Shown: positions 15,394 to 30,753, counted from the stretch's first letter. The stretch: DNA of 64,000 nt from Chrysomallon squamiferum (GCA_012295275.1 CM022679.1:21886001-21950000); one strand, 5' to 3'. Translations and numbers: made by a program. Notes: generated by a model not told the origin, from the letters alone.

Positions 15394-15882
15394 AAAAGAA
15401 AGAAGTAGAGAGTTTTTATTACTGAAGGTCGTTAACCATTTATAGGTTGTTTATATTAAAAATACATCATAAACAACAAGAAACTTTTTTTGTATTTTCT
15501 ATTTTTTTTCAATGTATTTTTGGATAATTTTGTTATTTACATTTAAATACTTGCATTTTAGAAAGAAAATAGCATAAAAGAAAATGTATTGCGCGATTTA
15601 GAAACGAACATATGAAAAATAACTTATAAATAGATATACAAAAATATACACGGATATTCATTATATAACGAATGTCAGTTTTGTTTGTCCTTAAATAGTT
15701 TCGTATTCGTGGATTAATAACATTATTTTTTTTCATACCAAGATAGATTAATAAGGATTAATTTAATATTATTACTTACTGTTATTAATGATGATAATAT
15801 TTATATTGATCTGTGGTTACAGGTTTTTTTTTTATGATGTTTCTGTATCATTGTGTTCAGCTAGTATTGTAAGTGTTGTTGT

Positions 15883-16078
<196 letters not shown>

Positions 16079-16341
16079 CTATGTGTGTACGAAAGAGACA
16101 GGGAAATAAAAAGACAGACAGAAGAACAGTCGAGACATTTCACTGTGTCTGCGAAAGGAAAAGCATGACTTTTTTTATTATGCTGTTTTGATGAGATCAT
16201 TCTGGTAATTTTTCCTTTACAAACAGGAAGGATATGGTTGTTTCCTCCTCAGAAACAGATGTTACATTTTATTCGTTTTGTACTTTAGTCAAATAGCTCT
16301 CAAGTAATACTATTTAATTACTGTATCTTCTTCTTCTTATA

Positions 16342-16391
<50 letters not shown>

Positions 16392-16497
16392 CATCATCAT
16401 CATCATCATCATAATTATCATCATTATCGTCATTATATTAATTTTAGTATTAATAATAATGATTATTATCATTGTTGAATATATATACATATATCTA

Positions 16498-16540
<43 letters not shown>

Positions 16541-16961
16541 ATATATATATATATATATCTTTGCCTACCTATCTCTATCTTTCTCTCGTATACTTTGAAC
16601 TGGACTTCATTCTTGTTTTTAATCAAATCAAGAATAGACTAAAGATTAATTTTTTTTTTTTTTCTCTCTAACACAAAACAGTTTGACATTTACGTTCAGT
16701 TTTACGAGAGGTTTTCAATTTAAATTGGCCATAGGGGCTTTCTGGAAAATCGTTACTTAAACTTTCGATCAACTGATGTTTTATTGTCACAAAATCAGAT
16801 TTTGAATGTTCCTATAGTATATGTGCTTGTGTTTACGTCGTGTGTACGTGAGTGTGCGTAAGTGTGCTTGTATGTGTACGCATACACTTTGTAAATAATT
16901 ATAAATTTACATGTAAATGTATATTAGTGTATATTACATATCAGAATCAAAATGTATTATT

Positions 16962-17084
<123 letters not shown>

Positions 17085-17568
17085 AATTCTATTTTACATA
17101 ACAGAAACAGAAAATACATCATACAACAACAACAACAACAACAATAATAATAATAATAATAAATTAATGCAAGTAATAAAAAAAACTATTCAAATCCAAA
17201 TAACGTAATTTTAATTATTTATTTAAGCATTTATAGTTATTTTTTATTTTTTATTTTGTACCGGAATACTTCCTTCAAACGTCCACATATCGGATAACAA
17301 CGTTTATTTGTAAAGTAATATCAAACGGAAATGTTCCTACGTTGTATTACGTGTAATTAATTTAGACAAAATATTATTTTAAAATCGTGTAGGAGACGTT
17401 AAGGCAGAAGTCAGGGAAGGAAATTGAATTTCAAAAAATGTGAGGCTGTTATTACTATGCTGTATCGTTCAAAGGTGAAATAAAATTGTATTTAAATATT
17501 TTTTTTTAAATTGAAAAAAAAAAAAAAAAAAAGTGTGAGTGTGATGAGAGAAATGTACGTGTGTATAA

Positions 17569-17639
<71 letters not shown>

Positions 17640-17730
17640 GAAGGGTACGAGGAGTGAAAAAGAGATGGGGAGAGAACGAGCGAAGAGAAGAGAAGAGAAA
17701 AAGAGACAAAGGAGGAAGCTAAGAATGATG

Positions 17731-17804
<74 letters not shown>

Positions 17805-18413
17805 AGAAATATAAAGCAACGTGTTATTTGAAATATTACAAGCACAAAATCAAACCATTATTTTTAGAAAAACCAAATCTCTAGAATTAGTTTAAAATCT
17901 GAACTCCTATCCGCTGTTTAAGGTTTATAGAATTTCCGCGGAACATTAAAATAGATTTTAATTTTAACCTTAGACAGGGTGCACGTGCTTTTAATCCAAT
18001 TAAATTCAAATAAATTAGCCTGTGAAATCGTGCCTATCATTTTATGGATTTCTGTTAAATACTATGAAATGAAATGATTACGTTCAAGTGAAAATCGTTA
18101 CTTTCTCTCCCCTTTGTTTATTTTCTGTTTTCTGATGTTTATTTATTTATTTGTTAATTTTGTTTTGTTAGTTTTATTTATTATATTTTATTTTATATTG
18201 TTGTTGTTGTTTTAATAATTTACTTTGCATTTATTTTATGTAATTTGTTTGGTTTTCATTTATTTAATTTCTTTTATGTAATTATTTATTTATGTATTTG
18301 TAATTTTCGTTTGCATGCGTTTTTATTATCCTTTATTTATCTCTCTATGTATTTGTTTAATGTATTTCTACATTAATTTGATTTCTTTTGTTTTGCCATT
18401 TTCAGTTCGTTTC

Positions 18414-18488
<75 letters not shown>

Positions 18489-18630
18489 CATTATTATTAT
18501 TATTATTTCTATTTCTATTTTAATTCATTATCCTCCAAGCCTTTAAATAATTCAAACTGATCACGTGACACTCATCTGTCGGGAAACAACAAGTATTTTT
18601 TATTTTTTTTTTTAAATTTTTATTTTTTTT

Positions 18631-18668
<38 letters not shown>

Positions 18669-18994
18669 ATCTGTTGACTTCTAGTAATTAAATATCCCTG
18701 CATGACTGCTGCGCTATTTTTCAAAACTTACCGTTTTTAGCAGCTTCAATTAATTATTCAAAGTTGCGTAATGTGCCGTCAAAGGCGCGGATGATTTGTA
18801 CAGTACCGAAAGCGTTAATGATCTTCCTGCGAGTCCGTGGATAATCGTTAATCGCCACGCGCTGATTCAGCTTCACGTAATCATGACAAAAAAAAAAAAA
18901 AAAAAAAAAAGTGAGGGATGGCGGGGAAGCGAGGTGTGGAGGGCGTGTCAGGAATGGTTCTGAAGGGTTTTGCTTTTGGTATTAGTTCATTCAC

Positions 18995-18995
<1 letters not shown>

Positions 18996-19056
<61 letters not shown>

Positions 19057-19190
19057 GTTGTTGTTGGTGGTGGTGGTGCTGCTGCTGCTGCTGGTGGTGG
19101 TGGTGTGTTGTTGGTGGTGTGTTGTTGGTGGTGGTGGTGTTATTGTTGTTTTTTATTGTTTTTGTTGTTGTTTTTATTATTATTATTATT

Positions 19191-19250
<60 letters not shown>

Positions 19251-19492
19251 GGTGGTGGTGGAGGCGGTGTTGTTGTTATGGAATTTTTATTATTATTATT
19301 ATTATTACAACTACTACTACTACTACTACTACTACTACCGACAGTAGTGGAAGCAGTAGTAGCAGTAGTAGTAGAAGAAACAGTAGTAATAGTTACAGTA
19401 ATAATAGCAACAGCAGCAGTAGTAGCAGCTGCAGTTTCATAATAACAGTAATCGCAGTTGTAGCTGCAGTAATAATAATAATAATAATAATA
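18996..19492. repeat. Compound trinucleotide microsatellite (TTA/TTG/TGG/TGC/CTA/TAG/TAA)
   Basis: About 500 bp of in-register triplet repeats. It is the source of several homopolymeric ORFs in the track. Confidence 0.9.
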
Positions 19493-20174
19493 GAAAAAAA
19501 ATAATAATAACATCAACATAACGATAGAAGAAAAAAGAAAAAAAAAGATTATCAAAGGTTCCACTGGGATAATCACAAACCATTAAAACCACAAATACAC
19601 GATGAGATGAATTTGGAAGAAAAAAAAAAAACCGCAAACTAAACAACAACTTCTTTACAAATCTTCAGAGTTCATAACGATTATAAACACTGACGTCAAA
19701 TACTATGACAACGCACTGAGCGGCAAATGAAGTTTGACGTCATAACGAACGCAGAGCGCTGGTAACCAACAATATCAGTATCGTCAGCTAGATTACGAGT
19801 CCATAAAGTTCAAAGTTCAAAGGTTTGACCCAAAACGTAATTCGTGACGTTCGAAATGTCATAGCAACAAACTGACTGGTAATTTTACGATGTGTTTATC
19901 AGCGAGATTTCACGTAGATTCCTTTATTTATTTATTTATTTATTTATTGTAACTATTATTTGTTGTTGTTTTTTTTTTGTTTGTTTTTTTTTTGTTCTGG
20001 GGGTTGGGGGTTATGGGTGGTTTTGAGTTTTTAAAATATTGTTTCTCTTGTTGTGTTTTGTTCTTACATTATTTTTTTTTTCATATTAAATAACATATTA
20101 TCATCATCATCATCATCATGTTTATTATTATTTTATTATTATCATCATCATTAACATCAACATCATCATCATCA

Positions 20175-20240
<66 letters not shown>

Positions 20241-21162
20241 CGTAACCAATAACAAGAATGGAAAATAATGTTTCAAAGTTGCTATTAATAAAATGAACCA
20301 ACGAAAGAAGGAATAAATAACAGAAAAGCTGATAGGACTGCCAGTTGCTTGTCTAGAACCGAGATAAACAGCACAGAACGAAATCATTAAAAAAAAGTTC
20401 TTATTTATTGTTTTACATCACTAAAACTTATTAATAATATAAAAAAAAAAAAAAATTTTCAGAAATTAAAAAAAAAATAAAAATTCGAAACATAAGCAAT
20501 GATTAGAGATTATTTTTTATTTCATAATGTTTCCAAAAACATTTCAGCCATTATACCTGAATGTTTTTTGAAAAACAAAGAATCCCCCCTAACCCCCTGC
20601 CCCACCCCCAACAGCAGTTTGTGATTATACGAAGATCTGGATGGAGTAACACCTGGTGACCTCTGTATTATTTTAGGTGGGGAGGTTTTTTTTTGTCAAC
20701 CTCTGCGTATTCCACCCCTTCCAACCCTCTTCATTTTTTTTTTTATAATGAATCTCATTTGAAAGATGCATTAAAAACAGTGAAGGAGCCCACTTTTCGA
20801 AAATAAATTTTAAAAAATGACTTGATTTGCAAACGCAGCTGCAAGAAAAATTTCTTTGCCCCTCTCGTAAAAATATTTTTGATCCGCCCCTTGTTATTCA
20901 TTGTAGTTGTCCTTTGTAGTAATTATTGTTGTTCAGATAATACAACGTCGCTGAAGCTGTTGCTGATCGTGGATGTAGATATAATATTGCAGCTACTACT
21001 ACTACTAATGCAGATACTGTTGCTTCTTCCCCAGATGATGTTACTACAAAACTACTGCTAGAATGCTACTTCTGTGTCTATTTTTATTACTAGTAGTACG
21101 ACTACTATTACTACTACTGCCACTACCATAATCACCACTACCATAATTATTGCTACTACTGC

Positions 21163-21225
<63 letters not shown>

Positions 21226-21751
21226 TGCTACTACTACTACTACTATTAATACATTTAATACAAAATAACATTTATTGTTACAATTTTGAAAAAGTGTGGT
21301 TGTAATTTTCTAACATGTATAAAAGTGCAAAAGCACTTGACAAAATTTTAAGTAGCGTTAATATTATAATAACAATTTTTTATTTTTTATTTTTTATTTT
21401 TTGTATTTGTTTACATGGTACATCAAGCGAGTTAATTTGAAGAGTCAATACGGATTTGCGTCCCTTTGCCCTGAGTAGTAAAATAAAAACAATCAATGAA
21501 CAGTATGTGATCGGAAACTTTTTTATATATTTTTTTTTCTTTATTATGCTGTCTGTTTTGTTTATTGATTTATCTGTTTGTTTGCTTTGTGTTCATTTCA
21601 TTTTTAGTTATTTTCTATATAGTTTTTGAACAAAAGTAAATTTATTTATTTATTTGTTGTTTTTCTTCTTGTTGCTTTTTTTTTTTTCTGTATTTCATTC
21701 TGTTTTCTTTGTTTAATATTTTATATATAAATTCACTAAAAAGTCATCGAT

Positions 21752-21768
21752 TCGGGTTCGATTCCCGA
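21752..21768 (+). mobile_element. Isolated tRNA T-arm / Pol III box B (probable SINE head relic)
   Basis: tcggg-TTCGATT-cccga is a perfect 5-bp stem with a canonical 7-nt T-loop and contains GGTTCGATTCC. No D-arm, anticodon arm or acceptor stem is visible upstream. Confidence 0.45.
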
Positions 21769-22180
21769 CAGCCGCCGATCGACCAAATATAGGATCAGTA
21801 ACCTTGGTTCATGAATTAAAAATTATCTGCAATAAACACATTGAGGCAAAATAACTGGGAAAAAAACGTGAATAATTAAAGCAAAAAAAAAAAAAATCGA
21901 TGTTTCTTTCTTTCTTTTTTTTTTTTTTTATCTAAACCAAAAACTCGTTATTCCTTATTATGTTTCTCTACAGAAATTAACAAACAGACAAGTGATGGCA
22001 CGAGTTTCATTGCCCCAAAAATCCATTATAACCTTCGAAAACGGCGATTAAGAGAATGACCCCATTGTATTCTCGTCTGCCCGAGGTCCGCGCGCGCTTT
22101 TCGATAACATCAGAATATGTTACAACAAAATGCAGATGTTGTTTCCCAGCTTTCTGTTGCTTTTTTTTTCTTTCATCATC

Positions 22181-22211
<31 letters not shown>

Positions 22212-22657
22212 CCAGTGGCGGTGTGTGTCTTTATTTCAAAAAATTACCTGCACACTAAATTTTATTATTCATTAATAGATTATCGGTGTTTTCGTGTGGA
22301 CGTTTCCGTCGCTCTCGGGGGAGCGCGAGACAAAGAATAACGCTGGCCTCTCCCCGCGTGACATATGGCGGTCTGCGCGTGCCTTCGAACACCTGGTCTT
22401 CCAGACAAAAGAGTTCATCTTAATAAACGCTTCCTGACAAGAATTTGATATCGTTCGGTAGTAATAACGAGTTACTTTTTTTTTTTTTTCAAAGAGAAAA
22501 AGAACAAAAAAAAAAGGAAAAAAAATTACCCAAATATATTCTCAAAACGGAATGTGTAACAACAGCACCTTATTAAAAGTTCGTTCTTTTCCACAGGTGT
22601 CTGGGTTCACCAAAAGAAGTCAGCAGTTTACCATTTTTTGACAGATGAAAAGCTCGA

Positions 22658-22706
<49 letters not shown>

Positions 22707-22827
22707 ATATTTTTTATATATTTTATGAAATAATAATAATAATAATTGCAATAACCATAACACCATATCCACTAACAACAGTATAATAATGATGATGATG
22801 ATGATGATGATAATAATAATAATAATA

Positions 22828-22872
<45 letters not shown>

Positions 22873-22991
22873 TTCTTTATGTGATAACCTAAATAAATAC
22901 AACAGCGGCAAAACAAGAACATACTATTATTATTTATTTTTAAAAAGAAAGAAAAAAGAAATCGGTCATTTAGTACGTATTAGTGTCTTAC

Positions 22992-23420
22992 TACATATGT
23001 GGACAGTTCATAATATGTTGTTGACCCGTTTTGGTCGCGGAGTGTACAGTTTCGCGCGTTTATCCGCGCGGAACAATACAAACCAGCTTTTTAGCCTTTT
23101 TCGCTCCGCGACAAAACATAACAAAAGTTGAAAAATTATAGTTCTCTTTCTCTTTCTCTTTTCTTTCCGTCTTTCTAATCTAAAAATCAAATCAACGTTT
23201 ACAAAAGTTCCCCCCTGTTTATCAGAATTGATTGTTGACAGCACGTGCTCAGTATTAAGTCGTTTAAAACCGCGACCACTCTCACGTTACACGCACAGCA
23301 GACCGACACAGAATTTGAATTAGAGAGCCCGGATCGATAGCAAAACATCGTATAAAGTTCCGATTGCATTTTCGTGTAAGCGTGAACAGCAGACACGTGT
23401 TCATAGTGGTGCTTGACCCC
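22992..23420 (-). other. Candidate first exon/promoter of a second, unidentified minus-strand gene
   Basis: CpG-rich, repeat-poor segment ending ...ATGAACTGTCCACATATGTA|gtaaga (donor GT at 22990-22991), with two CACGTG sites. No downstream coding exon is recognisable in the window. Confidence 0.3.
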
Positions 23421-23857
23421 GACGAATACGGCGGCAATAAAAATTAATACATAAAATAATTAAATACTGGTAATAAAAAAAAAAAAAAAAATTTAAAAAA
23501 AAAATTTGAAATGGAAGAAAATTTTGGTTTCTCTGCGCTTCACTGATTTTTCTCGACTTTTTAATTCTTTTTAATTTGTTCAGTTTTTATTATTATGGAT
23601 ATTTTATTTTTTTTTTTTATTTTTTTTTTTAATTTGAATAGAAAAAATTTGTTTCAAAGGGTTTTATTGGGATAGTTAAAGTGCATAGAAATGTTTGCGT
23701 TATAGCTTAGGTTTTAGTAAAAAAAAAAAAAAAAGAAAAAAAAACAACATTTGAACCCTTTATCGATTCTTTTCTTTTAACAGAAATAGAAAATGATTTT
23801 TAAAAAGTTAATGAGAAATAATGAAAAAGAGGAGATTCAAAGGAAGATAGGCCGAAA

Positions 23858-23948
<91 letters not shown>

Positions 23949-24583
23949 GTTTTATTAAAATTGCTGACGATATAACGATAACAGAATCAAACCTTCTTGA
24001 CAGGATATTGAACATTTTATAATCCCAACCAGCTCTCATGACAGACATTCCAAAACATTAACAAACCCACGGGTTGGTTTACAAAAAAATTCCTTTCTTG
24101 CTATTAATTATAACAACCCTTAGAAAAAGACTAAATCAGGTTTCATTAACTCCATTTCATCGTGTAACCTGTATTTATAACAAAACAAAAATAACTGTAA
24201 ATAATAAAATCTGATAACGAGGTTCATACAAATAATCATTCATTCGCTGAAGTTCTGTTTATCCCAGTCCAACGCTAACCCCGGCTGGTCCTATTGTTCA
24301 AAAATAATCTGCTGGGAACAAATAATTTGATGAGACATCCTATCCTGCCTAGTTAATAATAATCCATCGCCAGCTGAGAAATTCGAGATGTCCTGAAATA
24401 TGTAAATCACTGCGTTAGTACCACCTGTTTGAAGTTTTGTGTGTTTCTGAAAGCTGTGTGGTTAGTTCAGAAAGGGCAAAGATGCATTTTTGAAAGATAA
24501 ACCAAGGTTGGAAGAATATAATTTGGTCACCTTTTGTAATTAAACAAGGTACTGAAACTAATAATAATAATAATAATAATAAA

Positions 24584-24636
<53 letters not shown>

Positions 24637-25074
24637 AAGAAGAAGAAGAATTAAATAATAGTATAGAATATATTGTACAGTCTTTTACAGCTATAAATAA
24701 TTAAAATAAAAGTATATAATAATGAATTAATTAAAATAGCAAAAATAAATAAATAAATAAATAATGCTAACTGAAAACAACAGGTTTCATCTTCTAATTT
24801 CTTTATACAATGGTTTCCAAACTAAAGTACACACGAAAAATAGTTTTATTTATTCATTCTTTTGTCAGTTTATCCATTCATTTATTCTCGTCCAGTCCCT
24901 GATACACATGTTCTTTCATTTAATTATTCATTCTCTCCCCTGACTATTGTTTGTTAACTGCCATAATTATTTTGACATTTATTTATTCATTCGTTCGTTC
25001 AATCATTCATTCATTCATTCATTCATTCATACTTTCATTCCATCAATATTCTTTATTTACTTACTCTTTATCGT

Positions 25075-25270
25075 CAGGCTGGTTTATTAAAAGTAGTTAT
25101 TTATGTGTGTTTTACTGTTTATGGGAATGTACATATAAAAGATCATTTGCTGCTAATTTAAAATGTTACACATTTGCGGATACAGTCTCACTATACTTTG
25201 AATTTTCCTTAAACACAATTTATGCAGGACGCCATAATTACAACCATAAACACTGAGTTGTGTCTCTCAT
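25075..25270 (+). mobile_element. Decayed copy of the same SINE
   Basis: Core tatgggaatgtacatataaaagatcatttgctgctaa (25120-25156) is 32/37 identical to the copy at about 54175-54210. Confidence 0.6.
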
Positions 25271-25958
25271 AATATTTTGAATCATTAACCACAATATGTA
25301 TGGGGTCGTATAACTCTAGGGCAAAATTGTGTGTCATTAATTAATATATCTTTTTTTTCCTTCCATTCTTCTGTCCTATCCGCCCCACCCTAAACTGTTA
25401 AACCTGGCCACGCCTTGGTCTTACAGAGAGACACACTCAAATATGACCCTTCCAGTAAAAATTATAAAAAAATATAAAAAAGACAAATGGACACGCAGCA
25501 GACATATCGATCCTCGAAAATCGCAAACTTCTTTTAATTTGTCGCCGTCGAAGGTAAATAAGTCGGTTGTCATGGATACTGGTGACAGCTTTCGTGTTTA
25601 GTAGCAGACGCCGGAGTGACTGTGGGGAAAAACAAAGCAATAAAAAAGAAATACTGAACGATTTAACAGTGTCTCTTTCCACAACAAACGAGCGACAATA
25701 AGCCTAATTATTTATTTCTTTTTATTGCGCGCTTCGTTATTTTCTAAATTGTTGGTAAAATGAAGAATGAAAGGAAGGAAAAGTAGCGGAATAAAGAATG
25801 AAGGAAAAAGAAGAAATAAATAAACATAAAGAATGAAGGAAAAGAAGAAGGAAAGAAAGAAAAAACGAATGAAAGAAACAGTGAAAAAACAATTGATATA
25901 AATTATAATATATGGTTTGACAGAGGTAATATGTAATGGCTGCATACAGACAGAAAGA

Positions 25959-25996
<38 letters not shown>

Positions 25997-27197
25997 TAGA
26001 TACATAGGTACACATCAAACACATACATACATATACACACATAACACACAGATATACATCACATACTGAGCCACACAAACACAGACTCATATCAAACACA
26101 CATATACACCATATACACGTACAGACACTCAATCACACATACATACATATATACACACGCACAGATAGACACACAAGTATAAATCTGGTGGCAATGTTAA
26201 AAATTACAAAGAACAACACAATAATTTAGTGGATACAGAATTTAAAAAAATATATTTTTTTATTTGATAATAACGCTTAAACTAATGGTTCCAGATCTTT
26301 TTAAAGTCTCAGATCTCAAATATTTAGTTAAAAAACCAGTCAAGTTTTAAAAAATAAATAAATCAATAAAATAAATAAATAAAAACGTATTATCTAAAAT
26401 CTATAAAATGGCTCGACCTTCTTAAACTAAGTTAAGAACGTTCACTAGACTCACTGTGATGTACCCATTAACACATTTCATAAAACAATCAAATTTTATT
26501 TTTATAATTTACGTATTTTCATGGCAGAATTTTTTGTGCATGACCTTATGTGTGTGTGGTGATTCTGTGAGTCTTGAGTTCAGTGAAAATGTGTTTTTAA
26601 GTCATCATACTCAGATTACACTAGTGTGATTACATTTCCTGAAATTAAAGCTTCTGATCATCAAATATTTGAAAATTCCTGGCCTGGCTTAAATAGGAAA
26701 CAGCCTGATGGTTCATTTATAGGAATCGATCGAACTTCCAAAATGGCTAGGCTCGTTATATATATATGTGTATAAGTCTATATATATATATATATATATG
26801 AAACGAAGTAAAACGAAAATATTTGATTCAATATGGTAATGGAAAATGATAAATATAGTCTCAAACGAAATATTACAAACATCAAACAACAGCAACTAAT
26901 AATAACAATAATAATAAAAACAGTAGTAGTAGTTGATGTTGTTGTTGTTGTAGTGGTAGTAGTAGTTGTAGTAGTAGTAGTAGTGGTAGTAGTAGCATTA
27001 GTAGTATTACGAGTAGTAGTGGTGTTTTATACGTATGGCATTAAATCATTATTGCTGCAAAATACAGTGGATCAGTCTTTTAAATACTTTTGCGTTGATT
27101 CATATTTTTTTTCTTCTAATATTCTCTAGGATGTGTCAGTAAAAAGCTAAAAGTTACTACTAGTGTCGCTAAGTTAATGGGAAATCAGTTCCTTGGC

Positions 27198-27237
<40 letters not shown>

Positions 27238-27661
27238 TTATTCATTCATTCATTTATTCATTTAGTTTTGTTTATTGCTGTTTCTTTTACTGGTGTAAAA
27301 TAGAGAAACAGGCACAGAGATTAAAACAATTAAACTCAGTTGATTTTTATGTGAGCTAAATATGTTTAGGCGCATGGAGTAGTCATTAACGTGGCAGTTA
27401 TCTCCCTTACACCGTATTTACACATATTTTGTTAACTAAATGAGATGTATTTATACCGAGGTTTACTTTTTGATATCTGGTGACTAATCGTGCAGCATTT
27501 GTACATTTTATTCGCCCTTTTCTTTAATTATTCAAAAATTGGTTACGTTAACCCCGATTTAACTTATTTCCCGAAAATAATAACAATAATACTAAATGTA
27601 ATAATAATTAACAAAATAATTATAATAAAAAAAATAATAATAATAAAAAAAAATAAAAAAT

Positions 27662-27718
<57 letters not shown>

Positions 27719-28359
27719 AATAAATAAATAAAATGAAAATAAAAAGAAATGTTCTATTTGATGCATTCAACAATTGTTTAAATACAGTTAAACAACAACG
27801 TGTAGTATCGAACATTCTTGAAGGGCCCATGTGGTACGTGTTATCCTGTCAACTGAATATTATAGTGGGGCTCCTGTCAATACTGTGTCCGAATTACCAA
27901 GATTAATGTGACAATTAATTAATTAATTACCTCTAATGATGTTGTTAAAGTAAAGTATTGGCGACAATTAGTAAGTACCAATTCTGTATTCTAAAAATAA
28001 CATCATTCTATAACAGAACTTGGTGTCCACATTTTGTAATAAAATTTGGCATTAAGTTATGTTTAATCATGACATCGACGAACTGACAAACACGTTTTAT
28101 ACCTATTTTGGAGTTCGGTTTACATCAAAACCCAGTGAACCTGATTACAATTAGTTTTTTCTTTTCTTGTTGTTGTTCTATTTTTTTTTGTTTTTTTTTT
28201 TTTTTTTTTGTTTTTGAATCATTTTTCTACCGAAGGTTATCAAAGATCATTTTTTTTTTTTTTTTTTTTTTTTTTGGTTTTTTTTTTTGTTTTCGGGGAG
28301 TGTTGTTTTTTTTTTTTTTTTATTCATTTTTTTCCATAAAACTATAACCTATTCCCATC

Positions 28360-28421
<62 letters not shown>

Positions 28422-28552
28422 ACGCAGTAGTGGTTACATTAAGCATGACTAACAAAGAATTCGATTTTATTGATCATCTATAATAGTAATAGTAATAACA
28501 ACAACAACAATAATAATAATAACTAAGACATTTTGTTCATTATACAAATAAC

Positions 28553-28558
28553 TTTATT
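28553..28558 (-). terminator. Candidate polyadenylation signal ending a ~2.2 kb SYT17 3' UTR
   Basis: Minus-strand AATAAA immediately preceded by TGTA (ctgtacaaAATAAA) and followed by U/GU-rich sequence. Many TGTA motifs lie upstream in 28560-29300. Other AATAAA hexamers exist nearer the stop, so the choice is uncertain. Confidence 0.35.
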
Positions 28559-28978
28559 TTGTACAGACACAACGATGAAGCATACTTTCTTTTATAACAG
28601 TAAAACGTGAACTTGTACAAAATATACTCAACAACGGGAGATGAAAATAATAATAATAACAGTTTGATAACATACAAACAGTTTAAAGCAGTCGTATAAT
28701 AATTATAATACAGACTTCTTTGCCATGAGCGATTCAGGAATATACAGCTCGAAAAATCAAACAAACAATGTAACAACAACAACGAAACAGTAACGTCATG
28801 TAAACAATATACAAAACTATAGGAACCTGACTGATTTCTTATTTACAAATTCCAGCTGGATCGAACAAAGTGAATCAATATTTACATTACTTTTCATTAC
28901 ACATTTATGAAACGTAAAAATATTATATATTAATTACTTCTTCGTCTTTTATTTCTTCCTCTCTTTGTCTCTCAAACA

Positions 28979-29009
<31 letters not shown>

Positions 29010-30753
29010 ACTATAATAATAAAAATTCCGCACAGACATTTAGTATGGTATACAAATTAATTTAACATATTACGTAATCAAACATATATGACGTATACAT
29101 TTAAATCATCAAACAAGATCACATCGTGTACAAAAATAAATAAATAATAATAACAACACTTCTGTACAAATTATGTTGTGACAATGATAAACACTGAGGT
29201 TCTTTTGTACATCAAACACGTATCTACACACATTGTGTATGTTATTTAATTTCATTACGCACATTTTTCCTTTCTTGAAACATGTAATACTGTCACACAA
29301 ACAAGATTAGTTTCCATAACAACACAGACAAATAGCTGTTTTTTGTGACGTTCCGTCTCCGTTACGTTTTTCATTTCCTCAAGTAATGTTCTGATCGTCC
29401 AATGTATTATGCGTGATTATTCCATAAATGTATTACAAGATCGAAAATGGAAAAATTTTAAAAAATGATGACGTAACAAAAATGTCCTTCGGCTTCTTTC
29501 GGAACTTACGACTAACAAAATTACAACAGCAAAATTAAAAAAATATATAAATCAAACTTCAGATATAAAACTAATTTGTTTTTAAGACTTTTAAATTTGA
29601 AAAAAAAAAAAAAAAAAATAATAATAATAATAATTAAAAGACAAGACAAAATATTTTTTTTTTCACAAAATACAACTGACAACTTTATGAATATATTTAA
29701 TTTTTCTGTATAAAAAAGTATGAAAATTTGTATCAAAAACGTTTTTAAATAAATATAGATTTTTCGGAATATTAGCAAATAACACTGAATCTGGTATATT
29801 TAAACTATATAATATGTATTGCAGTCTATAAACGTATTGTAGAAAAATAATACATAAAAATGACAAGACCAATCTGGTTGCGAGAAAGTTAAGTTTGTTT
29901 ATGAATAATACGGTAAAAATCCACTTAGCGTTGCCTAGTAGAATCAGCACAATGACTGTAAATATTATTGTTTTGCAACTTTTCACTCGTAAGCTAAGTT
30001 ACTAATATTCAATTTTATACTTAAAACAGTTGAAATAATGTTCTACAGATGTGTCTGTATATGATTACATCTATAACTCAGTACAAGCTATATATAGGTA
30101 CGTATGTGTACGTTGTGCGTGAGTACATGTGTGTGTGTGTTTACTAGAAAAGCTTTCTTGTTATTTTCAATATCTCAATAGATGTTAATTAATTATTATT
30201 TTTATTCGTTGTTTTTTTATTTAAATTTTTTATGTCTTCAAAAGAATTATGAAAATACTCTATGGTTGGTTATAATTAGGTTTGAAAGTAACATTAAGTT
30301 ATTTATATTTTGTTTTTATTGAAACATTGATGAATTACAGTAATAATAAATAAAACAAAATTATGAAATAATAATAACAATAATAATAATAATAATTTTA
30401 AAAATAAATAAATAAATAAATGAGTAAATTAAAAAGACGATAATGCCGTATTGTTTCAAATAAATCATTTCTCCAGCGTGTTTAAATACAAAAGTTACAG
30501 TTCAAGGTAGAATCGTTTTCTACGTTGGTTTCCCTACACACACGAGAGTGTACAGTGAAGATACTAAAAGATTTCATCAGTAACATCAAACTGCTGCAGT
30601 TCTACACGAACGCTGGTGTGTTATCGACAGCACAGCAATAGCAGCCTCGATTTCAAAGCGAGGCCAGACATGTCTTGAACTGTGTCACAAGTCTCGGCAC
30701 CAACCTGGTCTTGTCATGCGACATTCACTGGTTTTCACTGGCGGCGCACGGCA

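Noticed and set aside
20580-20895. Possible MITE-like element ending gatccgcccc; similar GC-box fragments at 12820-12870, 25380-25415 and 49605
   Set aside because: No matching terminal inverted repeat or target-site duplication could be defined.
21700-21790. Full tRNA gene around GGTTCGATTCC
   Set aside because: Only the T-arm is present. No box A, D-arm, anticodon arm or acceptor stem can be formed.
30682-30753. Stop-codon readthrough extension of SYT17
   Set aside because: The stop is TAA-T, an unfavourable readthrough context, and the protein already ends at the conserved SYT17 C-terminus.
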